Shown: piece by piece, positions 14,360-27,447 of the stretch
Layout: each line of letters starts with the position of its first letter
Position numbering within the stretch: position 1 is the first letter of the stretch
From: the human T2T-CHM13v2.0 reference genome, Homo sapiens
DNA: 64,000 nt
Assembly (NCBI RefSeq): GCF_009914755.1
Contig: NC_060926.1
Direction: 5' to 3' (one strand)
Program-made: the position numbers and the translations under genes
The notes under the pieces: model-generated
What the model was told of the DNA's origin: nothing
Seen by the model: the letters and a program-made list of their open reading frames with translations, nothing else
Database searches by the model: none

Positions 14360-14680
14360 GACAGAGTTTCACCATGTTGCCCAGGTCTCAAACTCCTGGG
14401 CTCAAGTGATCTGCCCAACTCAGCCTCCCAAAATTCTGGGATTATAGGCATGAACCACTGCGCCCAGCCTAAATGTGTTATTTTTTTTAAAAGCACATAT
14501 ATTACCATATTACAAAGTATATTTTTAATATTTGGGTAACTGTATCTCAATAACTGATTTCCATTGTAACCCTAGATATTTTATTTCTTATATAGGGTTT
14601 AAGAACAGTGTCCTGAGAAACAGTCTGGAGCTTTCACCAGATATCAAGAGTCCATGGTATATAAAAGGTTAAGAGTCCTT
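13915..14680 (+). mobile_element. Charlie4a-like hAT fossil interrupted by AluJ
   Basis: aatttagcatttccttccactatgaatgtaggc...gaaatcacagg...aaaaggttaagagtcc. Confidence 0.7.
14187..14469 (-). mobile_element. AluJ with an expanded central A-rich linker
   Basis: Dimer whose middle linker is a T run of about 36 nt on the + strand (14321-14356). Confidence 0.92.
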
Positions 14681-14731
14681 TCCTGCTCCAGGCTAACAGG
14701 GCCTGAGTAGCAAAACCACAGTATCTCTTAC

Positions 14732-14815
14732 CAGAGTATTCACATCTTCAGTTTTATGGATGAGCATCCGGATCTCCTCTGGATCACCGCTGAAGATTGC
14801 CTGAACCAATGGTGG
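14732..14815 (-). CDS. ANKRD44: ANKRD44 internal coding exon (exon 2), 84 nt, phase 0/0, encoding [28 protein letters not shown] (first ankyrin repeat)
   Basis: The minus strand reads ctcttgtgtttgcag|CCACCATTGGTTCAG...GTGAATACTCTG|gtaagag, with a canonical polypyrimidine/CAG acceptor and GTAAGA donor. The 28 codons have no stop and follow the ankyrin pattern PL..A...G.......L.....DVN. The peptide matches my recall of the ANKRD44 N-terminus ([46 protein letters not shown]). Confidence 0.96.
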
Positions 14816-15161
14816 CTGCAAACACAAGAGAATGGGAATCAGAACTAAAATTAATACATCTGATCACATACAGATGCAGATGGTGAGAAGATTTGTTCCT
14901 TAAAAGTTTATTGAACCATTATCAGTTGGCAGACAAAGATGAATAAGACTCAGACCAACCCTTACAAGAAGTCCAGTGGGGGAGATATTTACATAAAGAA
15001 ATAACTATTATACAATCTGAAAGCCAGGCCAGATAGTCTCTAACCTGAACTATGAACTACAGTGAATGTACCATGAACACCACCCATCACTGAAACTTTG
15101 ATAGGCCCTTAAATCCCTGACAAGGAAACTACTAAATCTGTGGTTTTGTGCATACAATCCC

Positions 15162-15348
15162 TGTTATGAATTGAATTGTATCCCCACCAACATTGATATG
15201 TTGCAAGCCCTAACCCCCAAAGCGACTGTATTTGGAGACAGGGCCTTTAAGGAGATAATTCAGATTAAAAGAGGTCGTAAGGGTGTGGCCCTGATCCAAT
15301 AGGACCGGTGTCTTCATAAGAAGAGGAAGAGACACCAGAGCTCACGTT

Positions 15349-15391
<43 letters not shown>

Positions 15392-15612
15392 TTCTTCTCC
15401 CTCTCTCTCTTTCTTCTCTCTCACACAGGAGGAAAGGCCATGTGAAGACACAGTGAAAACGTGGCCGTTGGTAAGCCAGGAAGAGAGGCCTCACCAGAAA
15501 CTAACCCTGATTTTGGACTTCCAACCTCCAGAACTGGGAGAACAAAAATTTCTGTTGCTTAAGCCATCCAGTCTATAGTATTTTGTTATGGCAGCCTGAG
15601 CAAACTAAGACA
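15162..15612 (+). mobile_element. MLT1A1/MLT1B-like solo LTR with internal (CT)n
   Basis: Starts tgttatgaattgaattgt and ends tttgttatggcagcctgagcaaactaagaca. The (CT)n tract is at about 15348-15422. Confidence 0.85.
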
Positions 15613-16517
15613 GTTCCCTATGATTCCTCTACTTCTTGTTAGACAATGTTCCTTGTTATCCTCAAATAATTCCATTCCTAGAGGATGCTAATGGCCATGT
15701 TTCTGGCCACCGGAACACTTTTGTGTCGATATTTGGAAAACCCTTGAAATCATTCCCAAATGCCTCCCATAGCTTTAGCCAACAAGTACTGTCTTAAACA
15801 TGATTACATCTACTGCTTATTAAAAGTAAGTGGCACGATGGCAGTTTAGGGAAGAAGAGGGGGGTGTTACCAAGCTCTTATTATTGAACTCATCTACATT
15901 AAACAAGACCCCAGCATGCAGTAGAAGGATCTATATAGTGTGATGGAAACACAACCAAAAGAACAGCTAGCTCCACTTGGGTAGGAGGCTGGGTGAAGAC
16001 AAGGGTGTATCCAAAAAAGCTTAAGGAAGGCACCTTAATGAATAAATATGATTTGCTGACAGGGAAGGAAGACAGAGGAGGTACAGGTGTGCAAAGGTGT
16101 GGATGTGCAAAGAACCTGATATGTTACTGACCAGAGTGTGGGGTAAAAGAGGAACAGTGGCAGGCTTTAGGGTTGATGTTGGGCTTGCCTGCATGGCAAA
16201 AAATGCTATTCAAAGCCAGTCTCACACTTGCTAGCCACATGCAAAGCCCATTTCTACATGCAACTTGGGGGTGAGCATGATCATCGCTGCCTAACCTCCT
16301 CATGGGATTGTTATTAGGATCAAATGAGGTAGTACATGAGAAAATGTCCTCTAACCAGACAACCCTACATAGATGTTTTCATTAAGAAATGTTTCACGAT
16401 GACAAGATGGAGTAGTTGATAATTTTCTTTTAACCTTAAGATCCTTGGTAATTATGCACACACACACATTCACCCAAAATTCTAGAAATATCTTAGTCCT
16501 AGTAGTCGATTAGATGA

Positions 16518-16684
16518 CAGCAGTTTCCCCAATGTGTCTGACCATAAGAATCACCGGAGATGCCTATTAAAAAAAATAGTCCCAGATCCCTTTCCTAAGG
16601 ATATAATACATTCAGGGTGGGGACCTGCAAATCTAGATTTTAACAAGTACCTATCAATTCTTAGGAACTGGTGGCAAGCACTGG
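16518..16684. mobile_element. MER5-family hAT MITE
   Basis: gaatcaccggagatgcctattaaaa...gggtggggacctgcaaatctagattttaacaagtacc. Confidence 0.65.
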
Positions 16685-19600
16685 CCTCAGGTGAAATCAC
16701 TAGTGTCACATACCTTGACCTCACCCTGTGATCTGCTGTTGGGAATGTGAGTTGTCATTTTCCCTATAAACCCTCTTTTCTCTTTTTATCCTCCTGTTGG
16801 CTTTCTTACAGGTTATGTTGCTGTTTATTGCTAGTTTGGGGGACCAATATAAGTACTATCAGTAAGACAGAGTAAGATTCCTTGAGGAAACACTATGTAA
16901 AAATGTCAAGGTGCAGAATGGATATTTCAATATGCCAGGAATTTGTCCATGGGTTTCTCCTCTGCCATAAAAATTCCCAGCAAATGAACATATATCTCTT
17001 TTTCTTTCTCGAAAACACCCTCTCAATTCTGCTTCTTGACAAGGTGTATGGATAGTTTCTGAAATTGCCAACAATTAAGTAGCAGGAAAGAAGTCTTGAA
17101 AAGAATACAAGTTTACTGCTAGTTCAGTCTTAGCTACTTACTCTGCTTAAAGACAGGCAGATCCTTCCACACTCCCCCTAACTACCTGCTAACCAAGTCT
17201 CCGTTCGGGTTACATCTGCCCCGTGGCAAGGACCACATTTCACACAAGACACAGAGCCAGACACAAATTCAGGGTTTCGACAAAAAAAAATATTGAATCT
17301 TGTTTATCTGCTCCATAATTCTCCATCTGCTGTGCTCATGGCCAAATGCTCATGTGTGCATTTCTGCCTTTTTGGACCTTAAAAGAAAACAAGCAACAAA
17401 CCTCCACAACCAGAGAACGATAAGTAGAGGCAGTGTCTGACAAGATTTTCATGTTAAATCAGGAGTAGTCAATCAACAGCTGAACAGTTAAGATTCCGGG
17501 GAACAAACCCAACACAGTAGTTAATGCACCACTACTTAGTCACTTTAAGGGAACATAATGAGGTGAGCAGAGTCTCCCAGTTGCGAGTGTACGGAATACA
17601 TACATTCTGTTGCATTCACTCCGTCCTCACACTTCTGAAGAAAGGCAAGCATTCCAAGCTATGGTTGGAATGTTACCAAGGAGAGGCATCCCAAAAAAGC
17701 TTCCAGAGAAGGGCGCCAGCACAGTCCTCAGCAGGGAGTGGTGCCTCTGGGACTAATGCTGCTAAAAGCTACTTTATAGAGAATTGTCAAGGCACAGAAT
17801 CCCCAGGAGCCATTAGGAAGAAGAGGCTGAGCTATCATTATAACTCTTCCAATACTGAAGTCACATATATGCATACATATGCACCTAGGTACATATGCAT
17901 ACCTATCTACACTCAGGCATGCATGCATAGAGACACATGTTGAGTCATACACAAACCCCTTCTACTTCCCGTGGAATAAAAAAGCAGCTGTTCTCCACAT
18001 CCCAAAGCCTTGCTATATGGACATCTCTAGCTCAACTGTGCCATGTGGCTACTGAGACATCGCCTTCACAATTATGAATTTAAGCATCATGGGATTTCAA
18101 ACTAGAACTTCACAGATAACGTGCTTTGCTTCAACTGAAGCTGTGTGTTTGTATGGATATAATTACTGAATGGAATGCATAATGATTCTTGAGCAAGTAA
18201 TATTTATTTTTTAAATATTATGACTGCTTCTTCTTTTTTTCTCTCCACACTCCCAAAAACATTCCCAGAGAGCACTTTGGCACTCCTTTTTGTTGGAATT
18301 TTAATGAGATCCTGCTGTTTTATTTTTCCCCAGGTAAACACTTAACCTAAGAAAAAATATTGGGGAAAAGATATATCTAAATACTATATTATATGATGTT
18401 TAAGGCAAAGAATATTCTAATTACAATATTCTTGCTCATAAGTATTAAGGACATATATTCTGTTGTTCATTAATTTGGCAACCATCATAACTTTTGCAGC
18501 TTTTGTCTTAACTTAAATAAGGCTTAGAAGCAAAGTCCTACCTGCACAAGAGCAGAGTCCCAAGCCTTGGCATATACAGATATTTCTTTTTAAAGTTTCA
18601 CACATTTTAGCACTAGCATATATAACACGAGTGCTTTGTGTACAGTAGGGTACAGAGTTGAATAAATACAAAATTGTAACAAGGGTCAAAATTGAGAAAA
18701 ACAAATAGTGGTAGGAAAAAAGGAGATTCAGATACCATGAAATCATTGATCATCATCCCCTAAAGAAATTTAAATTCCTAAGAGAGGTATGCAGTCTTTT
18801 TAGCTTCAATTGCTAGAATTTTCTTAGCATGCTTAGCAGCTGCAAAATGATTGTCAGTGCTGCAGATATTGGTGCAGTGCCTCTGGTAGATTCAGAAGAC
18901 AGAAGGACACTTCCTGGGCCAAATTTACCAAAAGCACAAGTGGGATTTGTTGTTCAGATGGGACCTGTCCTTGCCTTCAAAATCACCAACAACTAGCCCC
19001 CTACTACCTTTCCAGGAGTGTTGACAGCTGCCTTCTAGAGGTGAATGTCTGCCAAGCTGATGACACTTGACCCCTCTAAGATAGAAATGGGGAACAGAAA
19101 GACCCCTTGATCTTATAAATTTTGTAGCTGAACTTGCTAACCCTTGGAACTGAAATCTAATCAGCCGAAAGCCACTTTCTCTACCCACATCCCCTATCGG
19201 CACATCCAATAAAATATTCTGTTTTTATTCTCACCCTGAAAACAAACTGGGAAAATACCAGACTTCCAAAAATAAAATGCTAAATCAAATATGTACTAGG
19301 GATAGTTATTCTCAAACTTTGAAGTAGAGTCAAAATTCCACTAGGGGGAGCAAGATGGTAATTTGTTACCTGGGAGGTAAAAGCAAAGGTTCAGGATGTG
19401 TAATTAAGGAAGTAAGGTAATTGAAAAATCCACTTCATTAAAAACATAAAAGAACTCAAGCTTCTGAAAGAGTTCTTAGTCATAAGTAAACATGCACACC
19501 ATGCACATACTAAAACAAACAAACAAAAAAACACCAAACACAAAAAATTCCTATTGATCCCTGAGGATCCAGGTTTTAGAAATAAGAATAAAACTATCTA

Positions 19601-21306
19601 AAACCTACGTGCTAAGGTATCATTTTCATCATCTGTGAAATCCAATTCAATTATTATGTCAATTCCATGAAAAAAATATGCTACTGATGTCATCAGACAC
19701 ACCCTCCATTTAAGAATGAAGCCCATCATGGGTTCTACAAAGAGAGCCAAGCTAGTTTAGAGTATCCACTCCATCCGGCTATGAAGTCATCAATGCCCTC
19801 CCACATCCCGCAAAATCCCCTAATGAAACCACCATTTTGATTTTTGCTAAAACCACTGTATAGTATATTTCACTTTCCCTTTGCCAGAGTTGCATGCTCT
19901 GTACTAATGAATTGGCTTTGGAAGATAGGCAGAGTGACAGAGGCTGTCATTGAGCATTGGTAACTACAGTCAATGGTAATAAGCCCAAGCAGCATCCAGG
20001 GATGCTCCAGCATTTCATTCTAGATCCTGGTGTGTTGCTTGTGTTTTTCTGATTAGATCGGGAAAATAAAGACTCCAAGTCTAAAAGAAAAACATTTTGC
20101 ATTCCAATCAGAAATGGGTGTTGGGAATCAATCAATAGCCAAGAAGGAAAATTTGATATTCCTAAACATCTGTCCCTCCTTGAGCATTCTGAGTACATAT
20201 GTCATTAAAGTAAGATGGGAGTGTGTTATCAGTAGCTGATAGCTGATACAGCAATAATCTAGCCATATGAAGCCATCAACTTATATGAACAAGCTGAAAC
20301 ACTTCGTTAGGTAACAACTGTTTTTTGTAGGAGCCAGTGCTTGCACTTTTGTGAAAGGATAATAAAAATTTGTTCAAGTCACTAGATTTAATGAACAAAA
20401 CCTGCTAACTGAATTCATGTGAGTTCTGCTGTATGATCTCCTGCAAGGATTTCATTGAGTTCTTCCTGAATATAGATCACCCTTTACTTGAGAAGTTCAC
20501 TCCATCCCAGAAAGATAATGATTATCATAAAATCAAAATCTGTTCCTCTTAAGTACCATAAGGACAATACAAAAATATACTGAGTCCTTATAAATACATT
20601 TTTTAAAAAATCAGGGAGTGAGGCAGGACTGCATGTCTGAAAATGTCTCCTACAGGCTATGCTGCAGAGTAAATATATATAATATTTTCCATTACTATTA
20701 AAAACAGAAAAAACATAAAATTCCATGTTATAGTCATGCCCTCCAAGTAGCATATTTGTTAACTCTATATTTAACATTATGAAAAAAGAATTACATCTAA
20801 TTAGAAAATGGAGAAAATTAATTTATTACCTAATCTTTTCCCAATGAAAATAACACATGGGTACTGACTATGAAATAGTTACTCAAGGACCAACTACCCC
20901 AATTACCCAATTTTTGGAACATTTAATCCTTTGTTGCTCCTTCCTTTCCTGAGATTCTCTTTGGGTGTTTCTCTGCTCTTTAATACCACTAGTTATCACC
21001 CTCACCCGATGGCCAACCCAAAGTAAAACAAAATTCAACTTTGTTACCAGTTACAGACAAAAAGTTGGGCCAAAGGAAGTGATGAAATAACAGTATCAGT
21101 TAAATTGAAATCTGGAGGCAATGTTAATTTTTATTGATTAAAATGTTAATTTTTATTGACCTCCTTTTTTTCCATAGTAGAAAGATTAATGCTATGGTAT
21201 CAGACTGACCAATTATTAAATCCAATCCATTTCCGTTTCAGTTTTCTCATCTCTAAGATGGGGTTACAATAGCCATTTTATAGATGTGTTTAAAAAATAA
21301 CGTAAC

Positions 21307-21706
<400 letters not shown>

Positions 21707-22736
21707 TTAACAAGCTCAAAAACCTTCATAGACAAGTACCTTTATGTGCATCCTAAAAAAGGAAAAATAAGAGATCTTGAAAGATTTCCTAAAATACTAC
21801 AGAGTAAATAAATTGAGTTAGGATTATAACCCACTCAACACCACCTCTAAAGCAGAGGGGCCCATCATATTGGGAGAGAAGCTTTTACAGGCCTGGGAGC
21901 AAAAATCAAACTGAGCATGACTTGGCCTTTGTTACACTCAGCAACCTCGAAATTGTCACACAGTCCCTCTGTACTCAGAAGTCTAATCTATAAAGCCAAT
22001 AACTCACTGAACTAATACATCATTTCTTCTTGACTAATCAAAAGGTAACTGCATATATTCATGCCAGCTTAATGGGACCTGAGATTGTAATTTTACTACT
22101 TAAGGTTGTCATAAATACATGTAGTTACACCTTTCTTTTGTGATCTCCTGATAGACACAAAGGAAATGAATTCCCTGTTTGGAGCTGTGACGAAGTCTAA
22201 TGATTTGCCTGTTAGTGACAAAGTTGAGACTAGAACTTAGTTTTCCTGATTCTCGCAGCTTGGTACTTTCTCTCACATGTAATATAATATATATATAATT
22301 CATGATCAGAATTCAGCTTCAGTTTCAACATACCTCCTATGGAGAAATATTATACACTAAGGAAAAAGCTGCCATATATGAGATACATTCTCTCTATACG
22401 TATGCATATATATTTACACAAATAGTGGCCAAATGCATATACATAGATAGATAGATAGATATAGATATAATTCCTTGCAACAAAATGGCTAACAATAAAA
22501 TAATCTTACCAAAAGACAGAAAACAAAGGGCTACAGTCTTTCAAAGTTGAGGGGGCTCCGCATGGGTCTGAGTTATAAAGATGAAGAAGGTAGGCACTAA
22601 GCAGAATTTTGAAGGATGAGACTGGGGACTGGAGAGTAAATCTTTCATGTTGGAAAATAATAGAAGATGAAGTTAGAAAAATGAATAACTGGGTGGGGGG
22701 AGCATCACATCAGCATAAGAAGCTTTAACCTAATCT

Positions 22737-22988
22737 TTTTGGTGCAATCATATAGCTCATTACCACCTCAAACTCTTGGGCTCAAGCGATGCTCCCACCT
22801 CAGCCTCCCAAGTAATTCAGACTATGGGCACAGGCCACTGTTAAACCTGGTGAATTTTTAATATTTTTTTGTGGAGACAGGGTCTCGCTATGTTGCCCAG
22901 GCTGCTCTTGAACCCCTGGCCTCAAGCAATTCTTCTGCCTCAGCCTCCCAAAGAGCTGGGATTACAGTCATGAGCACTGTACCCAGCC
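22737..22988 (-). mobile_element. AluJ lacking about 40 nt of its 3' end
   Basis: Diverged dimer with flanking repeat ttta(a)cctaatctt. Confidence 0.85.
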
Positions 22989-25169
22989 TTTACCTAATCT
23001 TATGGACAAACAGGAATGGGGGTCATGAGCAGGAGAAAGGAATAGAGTTTTCCCAAGAATTTAATCTGGCCAAAGTGTACACTGAGTACTGGAGAAGGAG
23101 AGATTGGAGTTAGAGGCCCAGTTAGAAGGCTGTTGCTACAATCCAAGCCATCACAGGAAAGAACTTTCCCATCTTTTTTTTAATCACAGTCTCCCCAGGT
23201 GCTACTTACAGGGATACGGTGAAAACAACAGATATAGTTTTTGGTTCTTTAATGTCTGCTCTATTCCTGGATGCAATTTTGGCCCAGCATCTTGGCCACT
23301 TTCCTTCACTCTTTATATATAGCCCAAATCCCTTGCCTCCGAAACACTAATGTTTCCAGGTGAAACTGAGGTTACTTCCTTTAGTTCTGGAACATTTCCA
23401 TTTTTTCCCCCACAGAACCTCTGCGGATGTAAGCTCTGTTTTGTCAGACTTGTCACTTGATCGCTGAATTTAAATCATAACATTTCAAAAATAGGCCACA
23501 TCCATAAAGAGAAAGGCAAATCAAAACAAGGCAGACAGCCTTTGCCAAGTGCCATATTTCTATCAGGATCTGCTGCCAACTACCCACAGATTTTTTCACT
23601 CTGTCTAGTTTCAAATGGCTTGAGATCAAACCTAAACTTTAGCTAAGATAATTAAATTGTGTTGGGGAGTTAACTTTTAAAGAAAGCTAATTTGGGCAAA
23701 AAGGACAATGGATCCAGGAGGTTAGTTCATACAGAACATTTAAATCCATGTAATTTTAGTGAAACAAAAAGAACAACTATATATACTTCTGCAACAGTTT
23801 CCTGTTTTGAAAAATTGGTATAGAGGTTTTATTTCTCATCTTGGCTTGGGTTACATTCTTTGTATAACTGTATCTTACTGCATATTGAATTCATGTAGTT
23901 GCAAACATGAGAGGTGGATTTAATAATGTTAATCAATATAAACCACTTTAGTGATCTTTGTGGGGAAAAAAGAAAAATGGCCAGAAGATGATTTTCAGGG
24001 TTGTAGGTATATTCAGTATAATTTATTTGTCTGTTCAAATAGAGACAGCAGTTCAGTTTTAGGGTGCACTGGAAAACATGACTTTTTATTACTACCTGGT
24101 ATGTGCATCACTTATAAAAAAGACAACAATAAAAAAGTATTCCTTATAAAAAATAGCAGAAAATGATCCATAACTACAGAAGTATCTTCTTGTGGTCATG
24201 AGTAATTTTAATTTTTGAGAATCTCACAAATTGGAAGCTAAATAAAGCAATTCAAGTGTCCTTTAAAAACAACAACAAAATCAGCATGTAGAAATGAAAG
24301 GTACTCTCAGAAAGGTGGCAATCTCCTGCTACATTTGAGGAGGCTGGAACTACTGTATACAAGATATATGGATTAACTCAGTCACATTAAATCATTCATG
24401 ATTTAGGCAACTCCAGATTGGGTTTGTCTAAAATCTGTTAGCACCTGGGTTCTTTCCAAACACCAGCAAGCAATTTTTACACAATCAGGTCTTTCCAAAG
24501 CCCATGACAATTTTCCTTTAAACCCTCTCCTTCCCTTCTACTGTTCTTTTCTTTGAATTCCACGTGCATTCTTGGAAAGACAGCAAGCAGTTAAACTCTC
24601 ACCACCTCTCCACAGGTGAGGGACTAGGGACATGTGTAAAACTGAGTCACCTTCCTGTTCTGGCCATTGTCAATTTTTTTTTTCCTAAGGCATCTTGTTA
24701 TAGCAACCATTCTAAAATTGTTATAGCAACCATTCTAAAATTTAAGGCAGTGGGTTGATCAGGACCTGAATTAGTTTCTGCCTGAGATGACTGGAAGGTC
24801 CCCTACTCCCTCCCCAGCCAGAAAAAGTCACATGGAATGAAAATCTATTAGAGAATCCCCTCAGTGTAGTCTTTCAGGAAGCATCTTCTCATTTCCCCAT
24901 CCAAAATCATGGTAAGGACATCCAGTGACAGATGTCAAAGGGAAAGGATAAGGCAGCAGGAAGAGAGAGGAGCCTAAGAGACTGGAAAACATTCGATAAT
25001 ATAAAATGGGAAAATGGGAAATTCTGCAAAAAAAAAGAAGTCATATCATATTTCCTTTCACAGACACCAACCCAGTGCGTAGCTCCTTTATTTCTTTACA
25101 CACTACCCCCTCCAACAGGGGATAAAAGATATGTTTTCTAAAACTTAATTTGGTACATTTCAGATAACC

Positions 25170-26130
<961 letters not shown>

Positions 26131-26156
26131 GGGCTCTGGGGATGGAGTACCGCTCA

Positions 26157-26532
<376 letters not shown>

Positions 26533-26604
26533 CTAGCTCCACCTTTAATGTAGCAAGGGCTAGCCTCCTCAGGAGTGGCTGCCTACATTCAAAACGATTC
26601 TCAC

Positions 26605-26760
26605 CAACTTCTTCCACAGGACACAGGGCTCGGGAGCAGCGCCAGCCCGACATCGGCGGAGGAGCACCGGAAGTTCTGCAGCACTGGCTTTCTTTGCTCT
26701 TCCACCTATGCAAGCTCCTTCTCTCTTGTGGCTTGCCGAGCCTGGTTAGCTCTGAGACCG
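26605..26760 (-). other. ANKRD44: Candidate alternative first (5' UTR) exon of ANKRD44; 5' end approximate
   Basis: Donor GGAAGAAGTTG|GTGAGAATC inside the ETS promoter. No ATG is in frame with exon 2, consistent with my unverified recall of a shorter isoform starting [12 protein letters not shown]. Confidence 0.6.
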
Positions 26761-26880
26761 GAAGTTCTGAAGTCAGCTGGCATCCTACATCTGTGCAACC
26801 TACTTCTCTCCCCATCCCACCACAGAAACCAGAGCCTCGAGGCTTTTGGCTTGGGTGCTGCCTTCACAGTTTAGGTTTTG
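26700..26880 (+). ncRNA. Candidate first exon of an antisense/divergent lncRNA; 5' end approximate
   Basis: Strong plus-strand donor GTTTTG|GTAAGA just downstream of the ETS promoter. I recall an annotated ANKRD44 antisense lncRNA in this intron but cannot verify its coordinates. Confidence 0.45.
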
Positions 26881-27317
26881 GTAAGAAGAAAGCTTATCTT
26901 CATGTCATGAGAAAGAAAAAAAAATGTATCTTTACGTAACGAGCTGAAAGAACAAAACAAGTATACCTAAGCCAAGTACATGCTATCTTTATTTCTTTAT
27001 TTCCACACTGAAATTTAGTCAGGGATAAAACTTACTTTTTTAATCACACGAAGTTTGAAAAATAGGAAGTACTATGGGAAACACCTAATGCATCAAAACC
27101 CCTGTGCATTTTATCTTTGTCTTATGTTTGCTGGATTTTAATCTTAGTAGGTTTCCTGTTGCAACAATACAAAAACAGATAAAGAAAAAACTTAATAACC
27201 TTTCCTACCACAAATGTGAACAGCCCGTGTTCTTGTTGGTAGGTACAGATACAGATATATGACATTATCGTTATTTATTATCAGAAAATGGGATTTTACT
27301 ATTTCCCACACACACAC

Positions 27318-27447
27318 TTTTTTTGAGATGGGGGTCTTGCTATATTGTCCAGGGTGGTCTCAAATTCTTGGGCTCAAGCGATCCTCCCACCCAAGTATCT
27401 GTAATCCAAGTAGTCTGGATTACAGATGCATACCACCATGCCTGGCT
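27318..27447 (-). mobile_element. FLAM-type Alu monomer within L1M fragments
   Basis: Monomer of about 130 bp: tttgagatgggggtcttgctatattgtccagg...catgcctggc. Confidence 0.8.

Larger units (their letters stand above)
26590..26890. promoter_or_regulatory. Candidate internal bidirectional promoter with two ETS (ETS1/GABPA-type) motifs
   Basis: Non-repeat segment locally rich in GC and CpG. ACCGGAAGTTCTG occurs twice (26666 and 26757). Outward-facing splice donors lie on both strands: minus TTG|GTGAGA at 26605/26604 and plus TTG|GTAAGA at 26880/26881. Confidence 0.7.

Noticed and set aside
17524-17943. 139-aa ORF ending in an alternating purine-pyrimidine tract
   Set aside because: The tail is low-complexity (CATA/TG repeats) and there is no protein similarity. 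The tract is too AT-rich and interrupted for a convincing Z-DNA call.
26575-26874. 99-aa plus-strand ORF over the promoter
   Set aside because: It begins at GTG, probably upstream of any plus-strand TSS. A GC-rich, stop-poor promoter explains it.
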